From IMG/VR virus record IMGVR_UViG_3300045988_081755: 64,000 nucleotides of DNA, one strand, 5' to 3'. This document shows, piece after piece, positions 43,143 through 52,819 of the stretch. Within the stretch, counting starts at the first letter, position 1. Each line of letters begins with the position of its first letter. Made by a program: the position numbers and the translations under genes. The notes under the pieces were generated by a model. It made no database searches. It was not told the DNA's origin and saw only the letters and a list, made by a program, of their open reading frames with translations. The stretch is from a virus.

Positions 43143-45491
43143 TTACTGTCCTTGTTGGTCAATTTCAATTCTTATCGGAGTGTCTCCAGCATCGCCTGAT
43201 GACGGTGTCACTTTTGCCCAATCTTCTGGTAACGGGTCAAGTGCCCATTTCTTAGAAGATGAAACAACGATTGTCTGGATACCACCTGTTGCCGGAAGTT
43301 GTACAGCCGACGGAGTAAACCTCAATTCGCTATTTCTTTCGAAAACAGCTTGAATTTCAAGGTCATGGTCTCCAATCCAATATTGAGTCGGGTTTCGAGT
43401 ATCCTCTGTAGAGTCGGTGATAATTCGCCATTTTAAGAACGTATAACCCGGACTTGGTGTTGCTGTAAGGGTTATCTCGGTTCTCGGTAAACGGCTTCCC
43501 TCAACGGTCGCTGTTCCCCATCCTGGCTCGATTATCTCAACATCTACATTCATAGGCAAGTTCATAACGACATTGACTGTTTGGTCTTGAGACATCATTA
43601 TGCTACCATCCGTTGAAACACCTCTGGAAGATACAGTATAATAAACCATATTATCCATTGGAACTTCAAAACGAACATAGCCATTTGAATCTGTCTTGGA
43701 TTCAAAGCCATTACTCAATGTAATAACTGCACCCTCTACTGGTGCACCGTCAAGTTCTCGCTTAACATTGAACGTCAAGAAGTAGGAAGTTCTCACTACC
43801 CAATCCAACCAAGTGTACGATACGACATTCTTGTAGGAAACAAGATACCGTCTTACGAACTCTTCAATATCATCTTTCGTTCTTGCTGATTTGATTTGAG
43901 CATACATCGCTATCACATTCTTCTGTCCGAGATACCCCTGTGAAAATGGAAGGTCAAGAGGTTTCAACACTATTCCTGCAATTTGAATATCGGCAGAAAT
44001 CATGTCTCGATTCTGAACGATATATGGAGCCATATACTTCACATCACCGATAAACCTCAGCGGTCTTCCATTTTCAAAATTCAAATACAGGCTTTCGTCT
44101 TTCTCCTCAAGAATGTTATAGATGATTCCTCTCAAACGATAATATATTCCTGGAACTTTACATGGACTCTGGTAACGGTCTCCAGTAAAGAAACTGTTCG
44201 TTTCGCGCCAATCAGTGATTCTAACCTGATTGATAAGATTCATATTGGCATCGTAACAGTTCACCCCGAACTCGATGTTCTGGTCACCCATACTCAACGA
44301 CTTCACCCAAACAGTCATTTCGTAATCAAGTCCTGGATAGACCTCCATCGCCTTGCTTGTATCGGCTTCGGTTGATATACCTACTCTTCCCGAGCCTGTT
44401 GGTTGAAAGACGTACAGATTATCAACAAACTTTCTCCGAACATCTCCCAATATAGGGTAATCTTTCAGTGGTCCAACTCCAACCGTATAAGACTCGGAAA
44501 ACTCAGCCGGAACATCTTCTCCAGTATAGATTTGCCAAGGATACTTTGTTTGAATCTCGTTTTCAACAGGAGAACCCGTTCTCTTCATTTGTAGTTCATC
44601 TTCCTTGAACTGTATCAAGTCGGCAAACGTATCACCTGCATAGTCTGGTCCATAATCCCAACCTTTCGAAACAGCATTGACAGTTTCTGTCCCATACCAA
44701 GTAGGAGAAGACCATCCTAAACACCACCCCACATTTTGCGGAGCCAATACAGCAAAGATGAACTCATTTGGTTTTGAATAACCCACCAGACGTCTTAGTT
44801 CCCCCTCTATCGTTCCCCCTGTATCAACTATCTGATACGTTCCTCGTTTGTAGAACTCTTGAATCCAATTATTAAACAGGTAACGACGCTGGTCAAGTGT
44901 ATCGATGTTTTCGTACACCAATCCCCAACCCTCAATAAATTCCTTCATCAAGAGGTCGCTGTTCTCTAACTGTCTAAATTGACGAGCATAAATTACGATG
45001 AACGCAAAGTAGTGCGTAATTGTCAGGAAGAATGTATTATAATCGTCCTCGTTATTACGGCTCACGTACAATGGGACTATTCCAGGCTCAAACAGCTTCT
45101 CTAAGACATTTATTGCCCATATCAGAACCTGTGGGTCGTTGCTATCAAAGAACGTCTTAAAAATCGTCTTATCGTAAATCGTTGATGATAGGGGTTCGTC
45201 GTATGGGGAAATTAATGCTCTTGTCTTGGGAAAGCCATACGGCTCTACCACATACTCGAGTACCAAATCAAAACTATCAGTGAGCCGACCCAGCTCACTG
45301 AATGTTTCTTTTGTCAGAGTCGTCCAATCGGTGAACGATTCACCCCCATCTTTTGAGTACCGAAACAGATTGGTCTCACCCTGTCGTGCTGCTCGCAATA
45401 CAGGTATAAGTCCAGCTGGCGGAATCACTTGAGTATGAATCGTGAACCCCTTTCCGACTCTGGGAAATTCTTTATACTTTATTGTTGCCAT
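43143..45491 (-). CDS. large structural protein (fibre or baseplate-distal) with CarboxypepD_reg-like, InlB-B-repeat and BACON-like C-terminal domains
   Basis: GAPVEGAVITLSNG..TDSNGYVRF, GYTFLKWRII and TGGIQTIVVSSSKKWAL..EDWAKVTPSSGDAGD. Confidence 0.45.
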   Translation of the reverse strand: MATIKYKEFPRVGKGFTIHTQVIPPAGLIPVLRAARQGETNLFRYSKDGGESFTDWTTLTKETFSELGRLTDSFDLVLEYVVEPYGFPKTRALISPYDEPLSSTIYDKTIFKTFFDSNDPQVLIWAINVLEKLFEPGIVPLYVSRNNEDDYNTFFLTITHYFAFIVIYARQFRQLENSDLLMKEFIEGWGLVYENIDTLDQRRYLFNNWIQEFYKRGTYQIVDTGGTIEGELRRLVGYSKPNEFIFAVLAPQNVGWCLGWSSPTWYGTETVNAVSKGWDYGPDYAGDTFADLIQFKEDELQMKRTGSPVENEIQTKYPWQIYTGEDVPAEFSESYTVGVGPLKDYPILGDVRRKFVDNLYVFQPTGSGRVGISTEADTSKAMEVYPGLDYEMTVWVKSLSMGDQNIEFGVNCYDANMNLINQVRITDWRETNSFFTGDRYQSPCKVPGIYYRLRGIIYNILEEKDESLYLNFENGRPLRFIGDVKYMAPYIVQNRDMISADIQIAGIVLKPLDLPFSQGYLGQKNVIAMYAQIKSARTKDDIEEFVRRYLVSYKNVVSYTWLDWVVRTSYFLTFNVKRELDGAPVEGAVITLSNGFESKTDSNGYVRFEVPMDNMVYYTVSSRGVSTDGSIMMSQDQTVNVVMNLPMNVDVEIIEPGWGTATVEGSRLPRTEITLTATPSPGYTFLKWRIITDSTEDTRNPTQYWIGDHDLEIQAVFERNSELRFTPSAVQLPATGGIQTIVVSSSKKWALDPLPEDWAKVTPSSGDAGDTPIRIEIDQQGQ

Positions 45492-45492
45492 T

Positions 45493-45978
45493 TCATTTCT
45501 TGAATTTTCTCAATAGCCAAAAGACTCCTCCACCCACTGTTGCTATACCAGCGTAGAAGAATATCTTCTCCCACCAGCGAAGCGGCATACGGGTTGGCAC
45601 CTCGACTTTCTTCTCAACTTCAACAGGATAGGGAGCCGGAATTTCCTTGATAACTTCCCTGTCTTTATACACTACTTTGACAGGGATGCTATCCTGTTTG
45701 TTTTCAATATCATGCTCAAGCAAACCTGACTCTCCATGATATGTTGCAGTCGAACGAGCATACTTCGTTTCAACCGTGCTTGTCGTGTCAGGTGTAATGT
45801 TCTTGACATACTCCTTTTCAATCTGAACCTGAACGACCGTGTCCCTCACTGTTTCCGTTACAGTAACCGTCTTTTCAACAGGAATATAAATCTTACGACT
45901 GCACGCAGCAATCATAAGAACTATCCCAACCAGCATAAGAGCCTTTTTCAAAATACTTTTCATAATCTTTTTATTCAA
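45493..45978 (-). CDS. unimolecular spanin candidate (N-terminal lipoprotein signal plus C-terminal TM anchor)
   Basis: Signal peptide with lipobox LMIAAC. Beta-rich middle. C-terminal helix IFFYAGIATVGGGVFWLL followed by RKFKK. Overlaps the upstream lysis-enzyme candidate by 8 nt. Confidence 0.5.
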   Translation of the reverse strand: MNKKIMKSILKKALMLVGIVLMIAACSRKIYIPVEKTVTVTETVRDTVVQVQIEKEYVKNITPDTTSTVETKYARSTATYHGESGLLEHDIENKQDSIPVKVVYKDREVIKEIPAPYPVEVEKKVEVPTRMPLRWWEKIFFYAGIATVGGGVFWLLRKFKK

Positions 45979-46429
45979 TGGTTATCCACACTTCTCGCCC
46001 TGCTTTGATAGCTTCACGAACCATTTTCTTTACCCTTTCGGACGCATTAAATTGATTCTGTAACCGCTCTCTTCCAGGAACTCTATCCCCAACAAGAATA
46101 CATCCTTCAGTATGCCCAGCGTTGGCTCCAGCATGAATAAGTATCCCCAAGAAATGAGGCACGTTTTCCAAAGCAGGATACTCTTTCCCAAATTTAGGAG
46201 AGTACCGATATATTACTTTATAACGTCCTGCCGGAATACAGGTTTCTCCATACACCTTTTCAGGGCATTTACACGCAACTCCCCTTGGAGTATTAGGACA
46301 GGTATCCGGAAGTTTGCGCTGAGTATCTTCCAGAGTGTCAGCTATCCTCAACCCATCATGAGATAAAACTCCCATTGTCGCAGTTGGGGAAAATTCCTGA
46401 CGAATAAGTTTTAATTCTAAATTGCCCAT
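45971..46429 (-). CDS. DUF5675/YkuD-like putative cell-wall enzyme (endolysin candidate)
   Basis: ILIHAGANAGHTEGCILVG resembles the His..(S/T)xGC catalytic motif of L,D-transpeptidase-fold enzymes. Adjacent to the spanin candidate. Confidence 0.35.
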   Translation of the reverse strand: MGNLELKLIRQEFSPTATMGVLSHDGLRIADTLEDTQRKLPDTCPNTPRGVACKCPEKVYGETCIPAGRYKVIYRYSPKFGKEYPALENVPHFLGILIHAGANAGHTEGCILVGDRVPGRERLQNQFNASERVKKMVREAIKAGREVWITIE

Positions 46430-46490
46430 ATCGTTTATCTTTTAAAATTCAACAGCGTAAAAATACAGCAAAAATTCTCTTGAAACAAGT

Positions 46491-47663
46491 CTAATTTGCG
46501 GGATAGAACACGGGTGAGAACTCGTTTGACGAGTCAAACATCACATTTCCTTCCAAGTCTCTCATTATGAATTTCTTGATTCTTGGTAGCATGAAATCTG
46601 ATACAGGCTCATCGACAGACGGCTTGAACCATTCAGAAGCCACATAGCGAACCCCCTCTGTATTCTTAACTATCTCTAACAGGTTATCCCACTCAACTCG
46701 CTGACCAGCTTCCCAGAAACGGAAGTCAAGATACTTCGTCATTCCAACCTGTATGTTCTTTCTTACGACAGCCGTATCGTAGCCAGCTTCCAACTCACAA
46801 CGAAAATCAACTCCGGCTTCACCACCGACCTCATACCATGTTGCATTCTCAAGTTTAATCCCCATTAGCTTGCCAGATACTATCATATCCCCAATTCCGA
46901 AATACGGAGTAGCCTTATCAAGCAAGGTTTTCAACTCTGCGTAGGAAAGCTCTTGACCGTTCTGAGTCGCTAACTGAATATGAATGAATGAGTCTTCCAT
47001 AATTCCAACAAACATAATCTTGAGAATTCGATTATCGAAATTTTGAAAGATTTGTGTCAGCTTCTCTATCGTGGCTGTCGCATACACGTTTTGATGATTC
47101 AGGATTCTCCTCCTGAACATTTCATCACTTTCAGTATCACGACCACCAATTGCATAATATTCATTCGTACACTCGTAATGACCCTGCGGAATTGGATTCA
47201 CGGTTGTGATACTATTCGCATCTACATTCGTAAACCGTCCTATTGCCTCGCTTCGCACCTTTACATAACCATACCCCGACTCGCCAACTGTAAGAGAGTT
47301 TTCGATGGCGAAACGAACCCCATTAGTGCTGACAAAGGTATTCACTCCAGCCGTGTACGTTGTTCCTGGTTCAGCATACACTCGTATATAAGTAGAAGAA
47401 CCCAACGCACCATAACGAGCCGTCACCCCAAACAAGGACGCTGCCCTATCAAGATAATCCCCAGAAGCGGTTTCTGGAAAGATTTGTGTCTCGACTATCG
47501 CCACATCCTTGATAGCCTTTTGCGCAACTTTTGCCGATGCATATGCAGCGGCATTCAAGACGGAATTATCAGTGATGTCAGATACCTTGTCCGTCTTGTT
47601 TAAGAATGTTTCAACCCAAAGATTCTTCAGGAATGAAATAGTATTATTTACTTTTGTTATCAT
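46491..47663 (-). CDS. baseplate wedge protein (gpJ/gp6-like, assigned by position)
   Basis: 390 aa, the last gene of the tail/baseplate string. The assignment rests on size and order only. Confidence 0.4.
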   Translation of the reverse strand: MITKVNNTISFLKNLWVETFLNKTDKVSDITDNSVLNAAAYASAKVAQKAIKDVAIVETQIFPETASGDYLDRAASLFGVTARYGALGSSTYIRVYAEPGTTYTAGVNTFVSTNGVRFAIENSLTVGESGYGYVKVRSEAIGRFTNVDANSITTVNPIPQGHYECTNEYYAIGGRDTESDEMFRRRILNHQNVYATATIEKLTQIFQNFDNRILKIMFVGIMEDSFIHIQLATQNGQELSYAELKTLLDKATPYFGIGDMIVSGKLMGIKLENATWYEVGGEAGVDFRCELEAGYDTAVVRKNIQVGMTKYLDFRFWEAGQRVEWDNLLEIVKNTEGVRYVASEWFKPSVDEPVSDFMLPRIKKFIMRDLEGNVMFDSSNEFSPVFYPAN

Positions 47664-48580
47664 ATCTGAATATTTGTTACAAGAAAATTATTCGTTACTG
47701 TCTTCACCTGTATCTTCATGAAGATAGCGTCTTCCTTCCTGTACAGGTCAAGAAGATTTACTGATACCCACCGAGCGTCCCTTTGAAACATATTCACCAA
47801 GTGTTTGAACAGGGACGGATACTGTATGGCATTCACGGAAGAACCGATAGCCTCATTAGGAAGCCCATAATTCGGAAACTCCGGAATTGTACCTTTCAAA
47901 GCATGAATGATTGTGTCCAAAGCCTGCCCAATAGCAGCCTCGTATTCAAGCGTCGCCAAGTCATCGTTCTCAAACCGAAAGTTCTTATCGATGTCCTTAC
48001 CGAGTATCTTTTCAGAATCAAGGTTATCAACAATATTCGGAATATTGAAATTCCCCGATGTTCTGATATTAATCTTGAACATTCCTCCACCTGTATTCGC
48101 ATCGTAGTCCTCTTCCTCTACTGCGTTATTTCGAGCAATATCTACCCAATCATCCTGAGGATTGTTCGAGCCTAACTGTGATGATACATTCTCAAACGTT
48201 TCCCGAGTCTTAAGAACTCTTTGAAGAGCAACATTCATTCCGTACCGTCCAATAATAGCTGAACGCAACCATCGTGATGAATTGTCTATCGTCCACAACT
48301 TCGTTTGGCATTCAGTGAACATATCAAGCAATTCCCAAGAATCAATCCTGGAAAGACCTGTCGCCTTTAATGTGAACAACGGCTCAATTTCCTGCGATTG
48401 CTTCATCAGGGTGTCAAGCCTACCAAACGAGTCCCCAATATTGACATCGTCTTGACCTGTATAGTAAGCAACTATCAGTGGATAGTAGGAGTTGCAAAAC
48501 AATGCAAACGACTCAAAGTACGATTGAATGTCGTACCCTGTTTGTTTCTTAAATGTCTCTAATGCGTCTCTCATAACCAT
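47660..48580 (-). CDS. baseplate component (by position)
   Basis: 306-aa ORF, translationally coupled to its neighbours. Confidence 0.3.
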   Translation of the reverse strand: MVMRDALETFKKQTGYDIQSYFESFALFCNSYYPLIVAYYTGQDDVNIGDSFGRLDTLMKQSQEIEPLFTLKATGLSRIDSWELLDMFTECQTKLWTIDNSSRWLRSAIIGRYGMNVALQRVLKTRETFENVSSQLGSNNPQDDWVDIARNNAVEEEDYDANTGGGMFKINIRTSGNFNIPNIVDNLDSEKILGKDIDKNFRFENDDLATLEYEAAIGQALDTIIHALKGTIPEFPNYGLPNEAIGSSVNAIQYPSLFKHLVNMFQRDARWVSVNLLDLYRKEDAIFMKIQVKTVTNNFLVTNIQI

Positions 48581-49365
48581 CCCTCCAATACTGTTTCGGT
48601 CACAGGCTGTAAAGCATCTGTCACCACTGACGCAACTTCATTGACTCCTGTCTGTATCATCGAAGGAAGTAACTTGTCCAACAAGGATTTATCATTCTTG
48701 TTAGACACGGCTTCCAACGGAGCCAACGCAATCATCGTCATATTATAGTTCCATACCATATTCTTCGACAAGTCCTGTGAAAACTGCACTCCGGATGGCG
48801 GAATAGAAACGAGGTAACTTTCCCCGAGTGCCATATTATAGAAGTACAGCCTCAATGGTCTCCCACTTTCATCAAGACCAACGCTCTTACTTATCATTGC
48901 TTGAAGTATCTTCATCACGCCATAACCTGTCTTAACATTCAGATTGAAATTCGAAAATGCAAGTCCTGAAATTGAACCGCTCTTCTTAGTGATGTCAAAC
49001 AAATGATATTTTCCTGCACTGACGCTTTTGCTTGACGCATCAATGCTCACGGATGGCTTCGGATTAATTAGTATCTTGAACTGCCGACCAAAACTCCCCT
49101 TAATGTTAATTTCCTGAGGCGAATAGGAAGGAGTCGACAATACTGTTACTCCTGCCATCGACTTCTTGATATTAGTTCGGGTTGGTTCTGTCTTCGATAT
49201 AGAATCCGGCATTATAGGAAACGTCAGATAATCTATCGTGTTGTCGTTACTATCCGCAAGTTCCAAAGCAACCATGTACCATTCGAAGTCATTAGGATAC
49301 AAGCTCGCAAGAGCCTGTCCCCCGATTGACTTCGCCATGTTCATAACTGTATCTAATGCAGACAT
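48571..49365 (-). CDS. baseplate component (by position)
   Basis: 264-aa ORF. Confidence 0.3.
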   Translation of the reverse strand: MSALDTVMNMAKSIGGQALASLYPNDFEWYMVALELADSNDNTIDYLTFPIMPDSISKTEPTRTNIKKSMAGVTVLSTPSYSPQEINIKGSFGRQFKILINPKPSVSIDASSKSVSAGKYHLFDITKKSGSISGLAFSNFNLNVKTGYGVMKILQAMISKSVGLDESGRPLRLYFYNMALGESYLVSIPPSGVQFSQDLSKNMVWNYNMTMIALAPLEAVSNKNDKSLLDKLLPSMIQTGVNEVASVVTDALQPVTETVLEGWL

Positions 49366-49382
49366 ATCTTTTAAATTTTCTA

Positions 49383-49390
49383 CAAATATA
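49383..49390 (-). promoter_or_regulatory. -7 box TATATTTG
   Basis: Minus strand reads TACTATATTTGTAGAAAA, 17 nt before the ATG at 49365. Confidence 0.3.
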
Positions 49391-49398
49391 GTAAATCT

Positions 49399-49620
49399 CT
49401 ACAAAATTTTTCCCGTACTTGTCGTTGCCCCTGTCTGAGCAGCAGCAGTACCAGTGGTCGAAACAGTGATTCCAGGTTGAACCTCTCCCGTCTTGACAAA
49501 CGTATCAATCGCATCCGCCATGCCGTTTGCAAACTTACTATCGTCAATCTCAGTTTCTTTTCTTATTTGCGTCATCAATGAAAGTATTGATTGCGCAAGT
49601 CCTGCTTTATCTAATGGCAT
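49399..49620 (-). CDS. small hypothetical structural-module protein
   Basis: 73-aa ORF. Confidence 0.35.
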   Translation of the reverse strand: MPLDKAGLAQSILSLMTQIRKETEIDDSKFANGMADAIDTFVKTGEVQPGITVSTTGTAAAQTGATTSTGKIL

Positions 49621-49624
49621 AATC

Positions 49625-50665
49625 TTATTTATTAAAAAATTGTTTCAATAAACCGTTTAACTCAGTTGTCTTCTGTATCGTAGGAGGTAATGGTGTCCCG
49701 CTCGGTCCAACAGCCGTTGAAACTGTTAGCGTGGCGATAGCATCTACAATTTTTGTCAGGAGTTCATTCAACCCTGTCCCTCCATTGATAATTGACATCT
49801 TTCCATTTCTTATTTCAATCATTGCATCGCCCTGAGACAGAGTAGCTTTCTTATCCTCGAAACGCAGGGTGCAATCAAAGATTGTCGTCTCCGCTTTATT
49901 CTCGTTGACGGTATGATTATACTGGGTTTCCCCCACCTTTGTTTCTGTCACGAACCCTTGCTCGGTTATAGTCGTTTTTGAGAAGTTTTTATCGTCTCCC
50001 TCACCATACGTAGCAGAAACGGTCATTTCTTCCTTATTGATGCTTATTCCCGACTCATTTTCGGTGACAGGGTCTATCAGTTTAGCAGTGAGCTCTTCGA
50101 AAGCCTCTACTTCCACTTTCTTGTTAGCGGAAACTTTCACTGTACCCGTTGAACCTACCTCAAGAAGAGCGTTCTCGTCTCCAAGCGCATTTATCTTAAG
50201 AGTCCCGAACTGTTGCCCTCTAATTGAAATGAACAACGTTCCTCTCTTTGCACTACCTGTAATGCTCAAAGAACCCTTATCCCATTCACGAAGAATTGAA
50301 AACTCTTCATCGCTTCTCATAGGGATACGACCATTCGTTGAAATAAAGGTTCCGATAATCATCGGCTGGTTCATGTACGATTGTGCTATCCACATCACCG
50401 GAGTTCCCTTCTCCCCAACCTTTCTTGGAAAGGTTATATTCTGAAGAGCCTCGTTTGAAATGAAGCATTCGTGAATGACGTTCCCTTCACTATCATCAAT
50501 GATTGATATCTTATTCGTTCGAAAACAGGTGTCAACGAACTTATCACGGTCGACTCCTTCCGGAATTAGAACGTATCCAAATCCAGTTGTTTGCTGAACC
50601 GTTCCTTGCTTACGAACAGGGGAAACTCCTTGTTTCCCCACCTTTTTGACTCTAATCGTTGCCAT
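49625..50665 (-). CDS. baseplate hub or spike-like protein (by position)
   Basis: 346 aa, beta-rich, and the second gene downstream of the tape measure gene. Confidence 0.3.
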   Translation of the reverse strand: MATIRVKKVGKQGVSPVRKQGTVQQTTGFGYVLIPEGVDRDKFVDTCFRTNKISIIDDSEGNVIHECFISNEALQNITFPRKVGEKGTPVMWIAQSYMNQPMIIGTFISTNGRIPMRSDEEFSILREWDKGSLSITGSAKRGTLFISIRGQQFGTLKINALGDENALLEVGSTGTVKVSANKKVEVEAFEELTAKLIDPVTENESGISINKEEMTVSATYGEGDDKNFSKTTITEQGFVTETKVGETQYNHTVNENKAETTIFDCTLRFEDKKATLSQGDAMIEIRNGKMSIINGGTGLNELLTKIVDAIATLTVSTAVGPSGTPLPPTIQKTTELNGLLKQFFNK

Positions 50666-52817
50666 CTTTAAACATTTCTCTTTCTAAGAAGAAGTTAAAC
50701 ACATCGATATTCACACCAAACTTCGTCGAAGACGGAGCTATCACATCGTCCTTATGCTTGGGGTCTCGCTTCTGAATATCCGCCCGAATTCCGTCAATAT
50801 CAACGATGTTGAAATAATTTTTCGCGGCATTAGTGATGTACTCAAGAAGCATCCCCCTCTCAACTGTCAGAACAGTAACACGGTCAATTACATCATTTGT
50901 GAATGTAATTGTATTGTTCACCGCTGTCACGTAGAAGAGCTCCTGCGTGCTCTCTAATATAACGAAAGTACCAACCTTAATACGTCTGTCCCCATTTATT
51001 GTTATCGTTCCTTTACGAGTGAACGGGAGATACGAGGTGGTCTCAACCACATACAGTAAATCATTCAACAACGCTTGAGACATTGTATTGATATTCTTTT
51101 CGTCGTCTTTCCCTTTCAGGCTCTTTTCAGACAGATAGATATCATTCGTGATGCACCGCTTATTTCCGAAACGTTCAACATACTCATTCAAGAAGATAAT
51201 AGGAACCAACGCCAGTGAGGAGAACTGTGAACTACCTGTCAATGCGTTCTGTGGCATGATTCGATACCACGCATAAGCACGGTTATCATACTCAAGCGAA
51301 AACGATAACAGGTCTTTCGGTTCTATTCCTATAAATTCTTTTGAATTGACAACGTTCTGAATTGCCGTCTTCGTAAACGGAGGCTGGCGTATCATCAGGT
51401 CGAATTCGTTCCCCCACGTATCTCCCCAAAATTCAACGAACGGTTGCTGGCATATCTTATTGAAGAAATCAAGCAACGTTCCTTCGGGGTTCGTCAATGA
51501 ACGGTCAACAATTCTTCTGTCTGATAGCTGTCCGTCCACCCACAGGGTAATCATCTGCCACACCCCCTTTGCATCAGGACGCTTCGCGCAATGAGAAAAC
51601 AGGCTGTTAGGAACGATTCCAATGTTTGACAACTGATTCACGATAAACGATGACACGGTGTCAATCTGCTGAAACTCATAAGCGAAATAATAATCGTACG
51701 AACCTGTCACCATGTTACGCTTGAACCACGAGGATTCGGGGTCTCCCCCATAGAACCACCTGTCTGGGCTTCCCTCTACAAATTTCAAAGGAATAAAGTA
51801 GGAACCATCCTCAACTAACAGTTTCATCAAGTCCCGACCAGATATTGATACAGAGTAATCCGTACTTTCGGAATCAACATTTGTTGAAACAGTATCTATC
51901 AGACCCATCATATCCCATATCAACTTGTCATTCAGTTCTGACGGTTCAATGATGTGGGTGCTTGATTGGCGTTTTCCCATATCCTCATACTTCTCCTTCT
52001 TCAACTTTTCGAAACGAATAAATATCATATCGTTGTTCTGAATGAACTTCGAAAACCAGTCACGATGAATACTTCCTCGCTTATCTGTAATATTAAAATG
52101 ATTAGCAAAGTCTTCGCCAAATGTCTGGATTGTAAGCGTATCAGTTGGAACGAGCTCAATAGAGAATGTCCCCATTGATATATCTTTATTCGTCGAACAG
52201 GTTCTTATCCAAGAACTGATATCATACACTTTATTGAAGGCACGTGAATAGACCCAAACTTTGATGTTTAAGGCTTTCATCTGAACATGGTATTCTTTGT
52301 TCTCATCGCCCGAACCTGACGCTGCGGCACGCTTCTTCGCTGCGTAAGAATCATTGATTGGCTTTGAGCTACTCGAATCACCATTGTTCGTAGGAGAGTC
52401 CCAAGGCACATATTCGGGGTCTTTCAGGAGCTCTTTTTGTTTCGTTGACCAAAACGCTGAGAAGCTACTATACTGCCTCATAAACAGGTCAGAAGCAAGT
52501 ATCTCTTGCAGCTCTGCGGTTATCTGTTTGTTTGGTATTGCGTACCATGTTCCCACCATTATCAACGGTGGCTTATTCTGCTCTATTTCACTCTTATATT
52601 TCTCCTTCATTTGAGGAGAATAACTGTTTATAATTATCTCAGCATTCGTCCAATGACCATCGGTAAATTTTAGGAAGTCATCAACGGTCAAGTCCTCTTG
52701 ATACCCTTGCTTCTTCAAATCATCAAGGAAATCTTGGATAGTCGCTGGTTCGCGACTATCTTCGATTCCTTTGAACCAATCGGTTGAATACGGAGGTATT
52801 TTCTTTTCTTCTGCCAT
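50652..52817 (-). CDS. large tail or baseplate hub protein (by position)
   Basis: 721-aa ORF immediately downstream of the tape measure gene. Confidence 0.3.
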   Translation of the reverse strand: MAEEKKIPPYSTDWFKGIEDSREPATIQDFLDDLKKQGYQEDLTVDDFLKFTDGHWTNAEIIINSYSPQMKEKYKSEIEQNKPPLIMVGTWYAIPNKQITAELQEILASDLFMRQYSSFSAFWSTKQKELLKDPEYVPWDSPTNNGDSSSSKPINDSYAAKKRAAASGSGDENKEYHVQMKALNIKVWVYSRAFNKVYDISSWIRTCSTNKDISMGTFSIELVPTDTLTIQTFGEDFANHFNITDKRGSIHRDWFSKFIQNNDMIFIRFEKLKKEKYEDMGKRQSSTHIIEPSELNDKLIWDMMGLIDTVSTNVDSESTDYSVSISGRDLMKLLVEDGSYFIPLKFVEGSPDRWFYGGDPESSWFKRNMVTGSYDYYFAYEFQQIDTVSSFIVNQLSNIGIVPNSLFSHCAKRPDAKGVWQMITLWVDGQLSDRRIVDRSLTNPEGTLLDFFNKICQQPFVEFWGDTWGNEFDLMIRQPPFTKTAIQNVVNSKEFIGIEPKDLLSFSLEYDNRAYAWYRIMPQNALTGSSQFSSLALVPIIFLNEYVERFGNKRCITNDIYLSEKSLKGKDDEKNINTMSQALLNDLLYVVETTSYLPFTRKGTITINGDRRIKVGTFVILESTQELFYVTAVNNTITFTNDVIDRVTVLTVERGMLLEYITNAAKNYFNIVDIDGIRADIQKRDPKHKDDVIAPSSTKFGVNIDVFNFFLEREMFKDGND

Positions 52818-52819
52818 AA

